From Octopus vulgaris (taxonomy: Eukaryota): a stretch of 64,000 bases of DNA. Location: the NCBI GenBank assembly GCA_951406725.2, contig OX597821.1, positions 50,654,001 through 50,718,000 on the forward strand. The letters are read 5' to 3'. The position numbers and the translations under genes are program-made. The notes beneath the pieces were generated by a model. The model was not told where the DNA came from. It made no database searches and saw only the letters and a list, made by a program, of their open reading frames with translations. Positions 13,905 through 27,900 of this stretch are shown in pieces (within the stretch, counting starts at the first letter, position 1; each line of letters begins with the position of its first letter).

Positions 13905-14838
13905 TAGCTGCCCGACGACCTCACGCAACACACCCTTCTATTTGCCGACGATATCAAACTGGTCGCTCCTCGCGGTAATATAGAGGATCTTCGTCGATGC
14001 CTCCACCAAATTTGGAAGTGGTCTAACGATTGGGACCTGTGTCTGAACGTGTCAAAGTGCTGTCATCTGCCTGTCGGCTCTACTCCTGCAACTCAACTTG
14101 ATTTCGAGCCGGGTCGTCTGCTGCTGGAGAGGACCGATCAGGTAAAGGACCTAGGTATCTTGGTGGATTCCTCCTTTTCGCCTTCGGCCCAGTGCGTCCA
14201 TGCTGCCAACAAAGCACGTGGAATTCTGTTCTTGATTCGACGGTCATTCGGAATGCTCACAGCAGCCATATTCCTACCACTCTATGTCACGCTGGTGATA
14301 CCCATATTGGAGTATGGGATTCAAGCCTCTTCTCCTTATCTCCTCAAAGACATACAGCATCTCGAAAGAGTCCAGAAGCTGGCTACCCGCATGGTTCATG
14401 GTCTCAAAAATTTGTCCTACGAAGAAAGGCTGAGGACGCTCGACCTTTATTCTTTTGAAAAACGCCGCCGCCGTAGTGATCTCATTCTCGATCACAACAT
14501 CATAAGCGGAAAGTGTAACCTCTCGAAAGAGCTGTTCTTCATTCCTGCTCCAGAGCGTCGGCTGCGGGGTCATTCCGAAAAGCTCTACCTGCGACGATTT
14601 CATCTCAATCGAAGGAGAGGAGCTTTCTCCGTCCGGGTTGCGGATCCGTGGAACAAGCTGCCAGACGAGATGGTGAAGATGCCGACGACCGCTTTGTTCA
14701 AAGCCTCCCTGGACCTCAAGTGGCCTGAACTCTTTACATGAACACCACCCTGTACTTAACTCCATGTCCTCCTACATGGCCTTGCTATTTGCTTTTGAGC
14801 CAAATTAACTAACTAACTAACTAACAAACTAACTAACA
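13905..14838 (+). mobile_element. CR1-clade LINE 3' fragment
   Basis: LLFADDIKL RT motif; KDLGILVD...LYVTLVIPILEYG...LERVQKLAT...LRGHSEKL...FSVRVADPWNKLP; 3' UTR ends in (TAAC)n. Confidence 0.9.
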
Positions 14839-17800
14839 TGCCATGCTACCACGTAGAGATTCCGTAGTTGGTTTGTTGATGTTGTTGTTTTATTGTTGTT
14901 CACTAGTCTACGTCTAAAATATCTGCACTGGGTCAACGTCGGTTGACGTACGTGGCAATCAGAGACATATACTACGAAGTACCTAACCTGTCTTGAATAT
15001 TTACAAGAATTGTAATGATTTCTTTTGAACAGTAAAGTCTGACTATCGAAGCAAATATTAAAAAAAAAAAAAGAAATGACCTGGATAGAATACTGAAATT
15101 TTCGAAGAGGATAAAAAATGTGTGACGTACGTGACACCACACAACGTTTTTTTTCACCTGAAAATATTTACTGCAAATTTCTCTGAATTTTTTGCTAGAG
15201 CAGCACAAAAAGCTTCTAGGTGTTTAAATTGACTTAGATATTTCAAAAGATAAGGCAGCGAGCTGGCAGAATCGTTAACGTGCCAAGCAAAATGCTTAGC
15301 GGCATTGCGTCCATCTTTACGTTCTGAGTTCAAGTTCTGCCGATGTCGACTTTGACCTTAATCCTTTCGGGGTGGATAAAATAAATACCTATTTCTTTAT
15401 TGCCCACAAGGGGCTAAACACAGAGGGGACAAACAAGGACAGATAAACGGATTAAGTCGATTATATCGACCCCAGTGCGTAACTGGTACTTAATTTATCG
15501 ACCCCGAAAGGATGGAAGGCAAAGTCGACCTCGGCGGAATTTGAACTCAGAACGTAACGGCAGACGAAATACAGCTACACATTTCGCCCGGCGTGCTAAC
15601 GTTTCTGCCAGCTCACCGCCTGTTGAGCTCTGAGGTCGATGTAATCGACTGAACTCCACCCCGAAATTATTGGCCTTGAGCCAAAATTTGAAACCGATAT
15701 ATCAAAAGATGCTAATCTATTTGCTGGACAACAAGTTTGGTGGTCACAGTTCTCATTTATCTGGTGTGACGCGCGTGACAAAAATCGATGTGGCATTTTC
15801 AAGACAAATGTTTTCTATATCTTCCAAATACTATAGATCAGGATGAAATTTTCTCATATCAATATCTGATCGAAAATAAACATTTTGAACACCTTTATTT
15901 GCATATAGTAATTTTCCTGTTTGAAAATGTTTGAAAACTTGTTTTGGTTAAATTTTCTCATGAATGGCACAATGCAATACATCTTTCACACAAGAGGACC
16001 AGTTTCGTGAATCATCAGGAATGTGTTCCAGTCAAGGTTACCCAGAATTTATTCTTCAACATTATTACTAATTCTCTCATGTCACCGAATTGAATTTCGA
16101 TCTGTAAATCATAACAGCCAAATTTGCTCAAGTTATGCCCCATTTTTAGAAGGGAAGATGCATGGGATAGTGTAGGCTTTGATATATTTTGTCTTAACCC
16201 TCTGATATTTAAAATGGCTGTGTAAAGCTAAAATATTCTATCTGTTTTATATTCAAATCAACCTAATCCAAACACCTACTGTACGATATCATTCTAAAAA
16301 TAAACAGTCACGTCATTGAAATCTCGAAGCTGCAAGATAATGCATAACTAATTCTGACAGGATGATCTGAATGCTAAAGAGTTGAAATAAGATACGATGG
16401 TCACTGTTTCAATTTCTTTGAGCTGGATCAAAATAATAACAAAAACATTAATCAGCATTAACTATCTATTGATTCCTCACTCTTAAGCTGAAAAAAGGGT
16501 TTCTGTAACATGAAGCAAAATTTGGTGTTATGGTTGTTATTGCTGTTGTTGCTGTCGTTGATTTCACGTTGTTGTTACATTTGCTGTTATTGCTATTGTA
16601 TAGCTTCAGAACATTCTGATTAAGCCTATCTCTAATCAAAAGCGTCTCATCATATTTAGGACTACATCATTCAATGCGTCCTTCCTTTCCTATGATTGTC
16701 GGGTATGATTTTGAGAGAGGTTCGGTTGCTATTTCTAACAGGCTAACAGGTCATGTAACCTCGTAGATCAATGCTTTTCAAAGTGAGATTATATATGAGA
16801 ACTATATATCTATTTATATATAATGCATAAACAATACACAACCAAGTTTGACCGGAGGCACGTGTTAGAGTATAGAAGAGTATCAAAAGTCAAGCTGCGA
16901 TATCTCAAATAGTCACTTATGCAAAGGATGACACTATGGTAAGAAAGCCAAGTCAAACTGGCACATGGAACCAAATTACCCTGGCCTGATACTATACGTA
17001 TGTAGGTTAGGTTTTTGATGAAGAGGGTGTTGAATCAAGGGATGTTGTTAACTTGTTTGTAAAGGAAAAGAGGCGATTGGTGAAAAAGTTGGCTCTGATG
17101 TGGTTGTGTGGCTTAGAAGCTTGCATCTCATCCATGGGATCTTGGGTTCAGTTCCACTGTGCGGCACCTTGGGTAAATGTCATTGCGTTATGTTTGTTCC
17201 CCATGATAACCAGTGTCTCGTTTAGCTATGGTCCCCGTATCTAAACGGTTCGGAAGAGAAAAGAGCAATCGAATAAGTACTAAACTTGAACAGAAAAAAA
17301 GTACTGAGGTCGATTTGTTCGATTGAACTCTTCAAGGCTGTGTACCAGGTTGGTCGCAGTCAAAAGACTGAAACATGTAAATGGAAAAACATGTGCGCTG
17401 ATATAGATAATCTCTCTCTCTCGCTCTCTCCCCCTCTCTCTCGTTGGTTCGGAAAGAAAACACCTTAAGTAAACGATTTCAAGTGATTCAGCCAAACCAT
17501 TAACCTTAGACGAGATGAATGCGACGAATTGGGCGCATCGTTACAGTTTAGGCAAATTACTTGGAGCATCTATTTCGGCTCTTTACGTTCTGAGTTCGAA
17601 TGGCACCCAAATCGATTTTGTCTTTCATTTTTTAGGGGTCAATAAAATAAGTACCAGTTGAGCACTGGGAGTCGAGGCAGTCGATCAACCTAATTCCTCC
17701 AAAATTTCAGATCTTGTGCATGTAGTAGATAGCAGACAAAATATTGGACAAGATGACGGTGATTTTCTGGCGGAATCGTTTTCATGACGGACAAAATGCT

Positions 17801-18598
17801 AACAGCATTTCTTCCGCTCTTTACGTTCCAAATTAAAATACTTGATGAGTCGATAAAATAAGTACCAGTTGAGACCTAAGGCCGATGTAATCAACTTTGC
17901 TTTCTTCTCAAAATTGCTGTAGAATATTCTTTACTAGTCTAGGCACAGGGTCGGAAATTTTAGGAGAGGAGGTCAGTTGATTAGATTGAGCCCAGTACGA
18001 AACTGGTACTTAATTTATCGACCCCGAAAGGATGAAAAGCAAATTAGACCTCGGTGGAATTTGAACTCAGAACGTAAAGACAGATGAAATATCGCTAAGC
18101 ATTTCGCTCGGCGTGCTAACGATTCTGTCAGTTTGCCGCCTTACTTAGAATATCAGACGAGCTGTATCGTATTTTAAGACTTGAACACATCTCATGTATA
18201 AGAACAATTAGGAATGAATTCAATATTTTTGTTTCTTTGACGAGGAGTTCCAGTAAATATAGGTGTAATTGTTCTCCGTCATTCTAGCATAACATAATTT
18301 TAATCTCCCTCAGTAAGCCCCACCTCTCAAAATATGTTTATTGAATGGTAAAATACAACTGATAACTATTGACATTATATTTCATTATGCAAGTCATCAC
18401 ACATTTATAAATTTTCTTTCTACATGAATAATCTTGTTTCCTATGTATTTTTTTTAAGTGCAGTCAGATATCAAATATTTAGCATATGTGCGTTCTTGCA
18501 GCAGCAACACCCAAAACAACAACAACAACAACAACAGCACAAAGTTTCGGTTTCGATTGTCTTTGACTTCTTTTTCATGTCTTCAATGCATACATACA

Positions 18599-18669
<71 letters not shown>

Positions 18670-18670
18670 A

Positions 18671-18739
<69 letters not shown>

Positions 18740-18786
18740 ATATATATGTGTATATATATATGTATATATATATGTATATATATATG

Positions 18787-18818
<32 letters not shown>

Positions 18819-18823
18819 TATGC

Positions 18824-18855
<32 letters not shown>

Positions 18856-18888
18856 GCATATATATATATGTGTATATATATATATATG

Positions 18889-18935
<47 letters not shown>

Positions 18936-19248
18936 ATGTATGTATGTGTATGTATGTATATATGTATATGTATGTATATATATTAATGTATATATATGTA
19001 TATTTTATATTATTATTCAATAATTTTTGCTTGTATGTTTTGTCCCTCCGCTTTACCTCATGGTGCGATATGAACATTTAACGTGGTACTATAGTCAGTG
19101 TTTCGACTGCTATTTCGGCATGTTGGTGTCTTTTAGACACCCTCATTTTTAATTGTTAAAAAATTTTTTTACCTTTGTAAGGTATTTCTTTCATGCTGGC
19201 CACTTGATAATTTCGACACTTAAATATCGATATTATCCTCATATATAA

Positions 19249-19336
<88 letters not shown>

Positions 19337-19339
<3 letters not shown>

Positions 19340-19630
19340 GAGGCGCAATGGCCCAGTGGTTAGGGCAGCGGACTCGCGTTTTCGATTCCCAGACCGGGCG
19401 TTGTGAGTGTTTATTGAGCGAAAACACCTAAAGCTCCACGAGGCTCTGACAGGGTGTGGTGGCGATCCCTGCTGTACTCTTTCACCACAACTTTCTCTCA
19501 CTCTTTCTTCTGTTGGTCTGCTTGCTTAACCAGCGGGGTGGCGTCATTTGAAGGCTAAAACAATGCGAAGCGCATTGAGACCAGTGATGTTTAGCAACAT
19601 CTGATAGCCTGCTCGGTCACGTGATTACGT
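19337..19630 (+). mobile_element. tRNA(Arg)-like SINE (family C). Copies at 21748-22030(+), 53540-53820(-), 53925-54235(-)
   Basis: GGAGGCGCAATGGCCCAGTGGTTAGGGCAGCGGACTCGCG...TTCGATTCC (A/B boxes) and a shared 3' body. Confidence 0.8.
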
Positions 19631-19635
19631 GCTCC

Positions 19636-19686
<51 letters not shown>

Positions 19687-19784
19687 GTTAATCCAAACAA
19701 GAAAACCCAAAAAAACACAACAACGCGAGGACGTGGAACAAATATAATATTATTGGACGCTCAGGAAAGAAGGAAAGAAGGAGG

Positions 19785-19819
19785 GTTAAACGTTTCGAGC
19801 GGAGCTCTTCGTCGGAAAC
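19785..19819 (-). ncRNA. Degenerate minimal hammerhead-like motif in a ~200-bp insert (19687-19890) within (TA)n
   Basis: Minus strand GTTT-CCGACGA-A-GAGC-TCC-GCTC-GAAACGTT-TAAC; U4>C core change. Confidence 0.5.
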
Positions 19820-20104
19820 ATAGGAGGAGGAAAGATCCAGAGAAGGGAAGACAGAGGAAAAAAATCGCCAACGGTACACACGCGGTCACATACACATATA
19901 CATATATATTTATATTTACATATATAATTGAATATAGTTATATATATTTATATACATATATATATGCGTGTGTATATGTATGTGTATGTATGTACATGGA
20001 TATATATATATATATATATAAATACATATACATACACACATATATATGTATGTCTATCTTTCTTACTCATGCTCCATATATATATATGTATTTATATATA
20101 TATG

Positions 20105-20169
<65 letters not shown>

Positions 20170-20179
20170 GTATATATAT

Positions 20180-20754
20180 ATAATAGTTATCGCCATACTA
20201 ATATGGCATTCTTATAAAAATAAGAATAAAGCTGTCCGCTTATTAGCTCCATGAGGCCATCGCCTTAAGTTAGCTATTTGATACACAAACTGTATCCATA
20301 TAACCTTCGAACAAGGGAGGTCAGTCGCTCGACACTACTTGACCGGCTGCCGTTGTTCTCTTTTAGAGAGACTTAGTAATTTTAATATTTCTATTATTGA
20401 AAACAAGTGGATGTATTCCACCGAAGCTAGGTAAATAAAACCTTCGAACAGAGATTGTCAGAAGCGACACCTACTGGTCTGGCTACGCTGCATTGAAAAG
20501 GGGCAATACCCCGAAACGCGTCTGTAGCTGCCGGTCAAGTAGTGTGGAGCGACTGACCTCCCTTGTTCGAAGGTTATATGGATACAGTTTGTGTATCAAA
20601 TAGCTAACTTAAGGCGGTGGCCTCATGGAGCTAATAAGCGGACAGCTTTATTCTTATTTTTATAAGAATGCCATATTAGTATGGCGATAACTATTATTTT
20701 CCGGGAACGCTGCCGTTGTTCTCTTTTAGAGAGACTTAGTAATTTTAATATCTC

Positions 20755-20760
<6 letters not shown>
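20180..20760 (+). mobile_element. Hammerhead-bearing element: inverted arm + 363-nt unit + partial tandem repeat, within (TA)n
   Basis: Inverted arms 20180-20347 / 20530-20697; direct repeat 20346-20398 = 20709-20760. Confidence 0.88.
20487..20528 (+). ncRNA. Type I hammerhead ribozyme (U3-A8 variant)
   Basis: GCTGCA-TTGAAAA-GGGG-CAATA-CCCC-GAAA-CGCG-TC^-TGTAGC. Stem I 6 bp, stem II 4 bp, palindromic ACGCGT stem III. Confidence 0.82.
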
Positions 20761-20810
<50 letters not shown>

Positions 20811-20858
20811 AAACAAGTCAAAATAGAAAATGCTAAAATAATTTTATAAAGAACATTT

Positions 20859-20896
20859 CAGTACCGGTTTCGGTCATTTTGAGACCTTTTCAACTG
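20859..20896 (-). ncRNA. Type I minimal hammerhead ribozyme (U3-A8 variant)
   Basis: Minus strand CAG-TTGAAAA-GGTC-TCAAAAT-GACC-GAAA-CCGG-TA^-CTG; palindromic ACCGGT. Confidence 0.8.
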
Positions 20897-21392
20897 TAAC
20901 GATTAAATAATTAAATTTGGAAAAATTAAAAAGAAAAGTTTTTTTAAAGGAATATTTGTATAGTGTTCAAATATAAGTAGCATTCTGCCTTTCTCTGTCT
21001 CCCTTGTTTGCACTTGTGTGTTCGAGGTCGTTGTGAATTCTTGGTAGGGTAGAAGAAGAAGGTTGATGAGGAGAGGGGGTGGAAAAATTTGGGAGTGCCT
21101 TGATGGTCGTATTTTGAATGGTCAGTGACGGCTAGCAGTTGCAGATCAATTCAGGAGAATATTTCTATTGAAAGGTTTGTTTATGGAATTTGCGTAGGTG
21201 TTTTCCACCCCCTCTCCTCATCAACCTTCTTCTTCTTCTACCCTACCAAGAATTCACAACGACCTCGAACACACAAGTGCAAACAACGGAGACAGAGAAA
21301 GGCAGAATGCCACTTATATTTGAACACTATACAAATATTCCTTTAAAAAAACTTTTCTTTTAATTTTTCCAAATTTAATTATTTAATCGTTA

Positions 21393-21430
21393 CAGTTGAA
21401 AAAGTCTCAAAATGACCGAAACCGGTACTG
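21393..21430 (+). ncRNA. Second copy of the same hammerhead, with a G10.1>A mismatch
   Basis: CAG-TTGAAAA-AGTC-TCAAAAT-GACC-GAAA-CCGG-TA-CTG. Confidence 0.65.
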
Positions 21431-21512
21431 AAATGTTCTTTATAAAATTATTTTAGCATTTTCTATTTTGACTTGTTTTTTCATATATATCAACTCGTGT
21501 GTTCCTTTTCAC

Positions 21513-21601
<89 letters not shown>

Positions 21602-21689
21602 CCATTATATAATCCAGTATGAAAAAATTGCTCTTAGTATGAAACAATTGTACTAAACTACTAATCCATTCTTGTTGCTTTTTTCTTGG

Positions 21690-21740
<51 letters not shown>

Positions 21741-22039
21741 CATATATGTGGAGGCGCAATGGCCCAGTGGTTAGGGCAGTGGACTCGCGGTCGTAGGCTC
21801 GCAGTTTCGATTCCCAGACTGGGCGTTGTGAGTGTTCATTGAGCGAAAACACCTAAAAGCTCCACGAGGCTCCGGCAGGGTGTGGCGATCCCTGCTGTAC
21901 TCTTTCACCACTCTTTCTCCCACTCTTTCTTCTGTCGGCCTGCTGGCGTCATTCGAAGGCTAAAACAATGCGAAAGCATTGTGACCAGCGATGTGTAACA
22001 ACATCTGACGGTCTGGTCGGTCACGTGACGTGATATGTG

Positions 22040-22139
<100 letters not shown>

Positions 22140-22179
22140 GACATGGGTATATCTATCTATCTATATATATTTGTATGCT

Positions 22180-23099
22180 GGTAATTTGCTGCTCCAAGAT
22201 GCACCACAAATGATCGATTATATTCTGAGATACGGTGACTGAAGCGAGTATGTTCCAGTTTGTTATTTTGAAAAATATTCACTGTGTAAATTGGTGTATT
22301 ATACCATCAGGGAACAATGTTTGTACCATACAATCAACCAAACTATTCAGTCTCTGGGGTTTATCTCTATCATATAAAACAACTGAAGAGCCAAGAGAAT
22401 TCCGTGATATGGCCGCTCAATTCATCACAGAGCAACCTCCATGCTTTACTGCAGAAGCTAAGTAGTCAGGTTTCAAGGTTTTATTGGACTGTTGCTAGAT
22501 ATAAATTCACACAAAGTGGGAAAGAGATTGAATGATGATTCATCAGAGATGACATTGTTTTGTTGAGCCACTGACTATTTCTGACGGCCCAGCCACCGTT
22601 TCCCCGCTTATCAATGTTGACGGGGGACAGGTGTAGCCTTCCCAACTTTATAGAGTTCTCGATGAACAGTTTAAGTTTACACATGCTTTGCAAGGTAGTA
22701 GCTTAGTTCTGGTGACATTTTTGTTGCCGTTCTATGACTTTTAGACAACATTTCACCATTTTGCGGTTCATTTCTGTGAGCTTTGCCTCCAATTCTGTGA
22801 GCTATGCCTTCAATTCGGTGCTCGTCAGTGCTGGTTTTACCTTGGTTTGAAGCATCAATTATCCGCTCGCCAACAACGTGTCCGCCTTGAAAATCATATA
22901 GGTCACTCATTTTAACTTATTTAAATATAAATATCTGCAAAACAAGAAAAAAACAGAGAGCTATATCATAAAGTACCAGGTGTACATAATGCATATAAAC
23001 ACATATATACGGACTTGAACAGTTTTGAATGTGTTATGTTGCCAATACAAAAAATACTTAAATAAAACGTGTTATTTTCCAAATATTTTGTCCAGCCTG
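22180..23099 (-). mobile_element. Decayed Tc1-family DNA transposon
   Basis: Minus strand TA-CAGGCTGGACAAAATATTTGG TIR-like end; MSDLYDFQGGHVVG, ISDESSFNLFP, VKHGGCSVM, QTLFPDG and [10 protein letters not shown] remnants with stops and frameshifts. Confidence 0.78.
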
Positions 23100-23156
23100 T
23101 ATGTATGTTTACATGTATGTATATGTTTGAATATATATATATATATACACACACAG

Positions 23157-23207
<51 letters not shown>

Positions 23208-23286
23208 TATATATACACATATATATATACATATATATATATATACACATATATATACATATATGTGTATATATATATATATATAC

Positions 23287-23343
<57 letters not shown>

Positions 23344-24863
23344 TATACACACACATATATATATAAAGTTAGTGAGTGAGTGTACGTGTCTGTCTGAGAG
23401 AATCGTAATAGTTTTAACTACTATCAGCTTTGCGTGTTTATACAGATATATAATAAATCCAGAATGTTTATGATACATACATACACACACTCACTCACTC
23501 ACTAACTTTCTCTCTCTCACAATCTCTCTCTCTCACACACACACAAACACACACATACACACATATTCAAGTATACTAATATATGCAAATATATAAAAAA
23601 TGTACAAAAAGCGTAGTATACAGTAGCAGAGTAGCAGAGATTAACATTTTTATCGAAAGCATTCGAGGATGTCCTAAATATCAAGTGAAGCGTCACGTGT
23701 GAGATTTGTGTTTAAACGAATTATTCTTATTGCGTTTACATGTCAACAATGTAGATGAATGAAAATAGTTGAAGGGGAATGTTCTGCATAGTTAATGCGA
23801 ATTACTATTGGGCTTCGATAAAATAGTGCGATGGAAAACCTCGGTGAATTGAGATTAATTAGACAAGTAATTTGTCGAACTAATACTACATCTTGCGGGT
23901 ATTTAAAACCTAAAATTAACAAGCAAGGGAAGTAACACGAATAAGTTCAGTTGGCCTTGTGTGTTTTAGTTTTTGAAAATATAGATTTGAGTGGAAGTGA
24001 AGCTGTGAATGCAACGGACATTTTTCGATCTTAACAGCTATATCGAGGTGAGTTAGGATATCTACAAATCAATTGATTTCCTGCAGCTTAGGAACTGTCA
24101 GATGATACGAATTGCATTACCATGTCATAACCTTACAATAATGAAGTGGTTATGGTTGGAGAAATATCGGGGATAGTTAAAAAAGTAAGAGGCCAGTCCA
24201 GTTCAAAGGCAAGCAAGCCTTGTTAAGACTTCTATATTTGTGTTATTTATCTTCCTTTTGAGGCCCTGTACTTGCAGTAGAAAGGATTATTATTATTATC
24301 ATTGTTCAATAGTTTCAGGCAAATTTCTACTGCTTCACCTGCTGGGATGAGAGCAACATTGTATGTTCTTTATTGTTGTTGGGAGTGTGCACTCTTTCCG
24401 GTATTGTGTTGCACCAGTTTCTTTTTATTATGAAGTGTTGTGCAATCTTTTGTTGTATTGTGTGTTGTGTGTAATGCATTGATTACTTGACCTGTTGATG
24501 GAAGTTTATTTCATTGGATATTTGCTGTATAGACTGTCTTGTGTTTGTGGATTGATTTGTTTAGGTTGTATTATTGAATTGATATTGCGTAGGATGTAAG
24601 CTGTTCCAAGCAGGGATATTCTTTGGGTAGTGTGTAGTATTGAGAATTTCTTCTTCTTCTTCTTCTTCTTCTTCTTCTTCTTCTTCTTCTTCTTCTTCTT
24701 CTTCTTCTTCTTCTTCTTCTTCTTCTTCTTCTTCTTCTTCTTCTTCTTCTTCTTTGGAAGATTTGTGCAATTTCAAGCAACACTGTTTTCTGCAGATGCT
24801 CTGACTTCACATTTACCCCTAACTTTTCAGTTTGTTAGCTTCGTACTTATAGCACATAAAGCT

Positions 24864-24906
<43 letters not shown>

Positions 24907-24939
24907 AAACAATAAGTATGGCAGTTACCTTCCTCAATG

Positions 24940-27900
24940 TCCACAATCTTCTGGTTTCCAATTTCATATTATCACATTTGACCTACTTCACTTCTTTTTC
25001 CGATACTTTTTCATCACCAAGACGTGCCATATCTAAAATTAAGCAGGGTGTTTTTTTTACTTTATTCGCAACAACTATATCCAGCTTTCAATATTGAATT
25101 TCATGATCATATTGGATTGTTACATTCCCCAGTATCTTCCTTATCATTCTCGTTTACTCCTTCTGAGAATAATCTGCTCATAGCACGCCTTTGCTCCATC
25201 TAATGCATACTTGTCACACCGGCCCTAATGAATCATTCTGCGTGTCAAAGTGCTGTCATCTGCCTGTTGGCTCTCCTCCTGCAACTCAACTTGATTTCGA
25301 GCCGGGTCGTCTGCTGCTGGAGAGGACCGGTCAGGTAAAGTACCTGGGTATCTTGGTGGATTCCTCCTTTTCGCCTTCGGCCCAGTACGTCCATGCTGCC
25401 AACAAAGCACGCGGAATTCTGTTCTTGATTCGACGGTCATTCGGAATGCTCACAGCAGCCATATTCCTACCGCTCTATGTCACGCTGGTGAGACCCATAT
25501 TGGAGTACGGGATTCAAGCCTCTTCTCCTTATCTCCTCAAAGACATACAGCATCTTGAAAGAGTCCAGAAGCTGGCTACCCGCATGGTTCTTGGTCTCAA
25601 GAATTTGTCTCATGAAGAAAGGCTGAAGACGCTCGACCTTTATTCTCTAGAAAAACGACGACGCCGGGGAGATCTCATTCTTGCTCACAACATCATAAGC
25701 GGAAAGTGTAACCTCTCGAAAGAGCTGTTCTTCACTCCTGCTCCAGAACGTCGACTGCGGGGTCATTCCAAAAAGCTCTATCTGCGACGATTTCATCTCA
25801 ATCGAAGGAGAGAGACTTTCTCCGTCCGGGTTGCGGATTCGTGGAATAAGCTGCCAGACGAGATGGTGAAGATGCCGACGACCGCTCGGTTCAAAGTCTC
25901 CCTTGACCTCAAGTTGCCAGAACTCTTTACATGAACACCACCCTGTACATAACTCCATGTACCCCTACATGGCCTTGCTTTTTGCTTTTTGAGCCAAAAA
26001 ATTAACTAACTAACTAACTAACTAACATTCTTGTGACATTATCGCATTTTCTTTCGCATTTCTTTTTTTTGGGTTAGCTTCCTGCACTCATTCACAATAT
26101 GCCTTTATCACCGTATGACCTGCACTTGTCACTTTTTGCTGTGTTGTCCATCTTGCATCTGATGTAATTTCTACAAAGTGTTTGTCCCTGTGCAGCAAAG
26201 ACAGGCGCTTCTCTTTCTGGCTTCTCGCCATTCCTCCTTAGTCAGTGCTACTTCCCATCGACATCTGTATTCCTGCTCACTGCTCTCACTAACTGCCCAC
26301 ACAACATTTTCCTATTCCATTTTTCTTTCGTCTTCCTTACTCTTTTTTCTTTGAACTCTTGTCTCTACGAAAATAGCTGTTCTGGTTATACTAGATAGTT
26401 TCACATGAATCCTCAAAGGTTCTATGGCACACTTGATATACCACCCAAGTTATTTTTGTTCCGAGCATATACAGCTTTCATAGCTGATAAGCCCTCAGCC
26501 CACTTTGTGCTGGTTGTATAAATCCTGTATCACCAATCTTTTTCATGATTTCTTCTGATAGTAATTCTACACTAAGTCTTCACTTACCCTCTCATCAGGT
26601 GTATAATTCCACATTTATTTAGATCAAATTCCATTTTAATGATTTGCTAAAACAATGAGTTGTGTTCATTGAAGAAATGACTTGAGCTTTGTCCTTACCA
26701 TACTGCTTGAGGTCACCCATAAATAATAGATGGTCGATTTTTTTAATGTTTTTCTTTAAACTCATATCTAAATGGTATTTTTGCTCAGTAGCAATATTAC
26801 AGGAATCATGTATAAAACAAATAGTAAAGGAGACACAGTTAAATTCTTTTGATTCTTAACATTCCTAAGTTTTGTCCATATGACGTCACTTCAGTCTTCC
26901 AGATTTCCCCACTTTTTCTCAAAAACCTTTTAACTTTCTTTGCAATCCCAAACATGTAGCTGGTCCTTAGTTCCCCTGCAATTCCGTTTACAACCTTTCT
27001 GCTCAACAGAGAGAATTCCATTATCATCAAGAATTGTATACATTTCAGTAGCGATTATTCCTGTTAGTACCTTCCACATCAGTAGGAGGCATGATATGCG
27101 TCTGTAGTTATCTACAGCATTCCCTTCTGAAGCATCCTTAAATCACAGTACTGCTCATTCAATAGTTATCTACTCAGGAACCTCTTCATTCCCAATGATT
27201 GGAGCACTAAACTGTTCTGCAATTCTTTTATGGCATTCCGTCAGCGTCTTTATCCAATACCCCTGAACACCATTAGGTTCAGCTGCTTTCCAGTCCAATT
27301 ACTCATCTTCATAATTGCTGCACATTTTCTTTTTCAATTTTAATGTAACAAATAGACCCATTCAAAATTTATAGCCACTCAGCATTATGCTGCTCTTCCT
27401 TATTCAACATTTCTCTGCAAAACGCAACTTTAGTCGGCTTCTGATATAACTCTTTCGTGTATGTCTTCCCAACTTATTTCATGATAAAGTTTCTTCTGAT
27501 CAATTTGGAATAATCTATCTTGCCTTTAATATTTCGTTCTTTAATCATGTCTTGTTATCTTTCCTCTCTTCACTAAAATGCTTTAATTATAACTTGCAGC
27601 CTTTTCTGTCAATGCTATACTTTTTCTTCAGTTCGTCATGTTTATAACCATTAATAAGCTCATATTTTCTTTTTCTTTGCGATATTGATACATCACCCAA
27701 CAAGCCTCTCTATATTCTTCATATTCTTCTTTTCCACTATAAATCTTAGTTTTGTGTATTCTTCACTTGGCATGTTCTTTCACTGACTTTTAATCCCAAA
27801 TTTTATACGACTCTGACTCGTTGCTTCAATAAACCTACAGGTCCTTATTTTTCTATTTGTTCTTATATGCTGCTAAATTTTATAAACTTACATTTTTCTT

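Larger units (their letters stand above)
20806..21490 (-). mobile_element. 5'-truncated Penelope-like end with inverted pseudo-LTR (arms ~20806-21086 / 21201-21490)
   Basis: ~280-bp near-perfect inverted arms, each with a hammerhead. The loop on the minus strand reads RKFHKQTFQ*KYSPELI, resembling a PLE endonuclease C-terminus (weak). Flanked by (TA)n. Confidence 0.75.

Noticed and set aside
19095-19142. Possible decayed hammerhead on the minus strand
   Set aside because: Core and stems are too degenerate to support.
21748-21825. tRNA-like sequence
   Set aside because: It is the head of a multi-copy SINE and lacks a proper acceptor stem.
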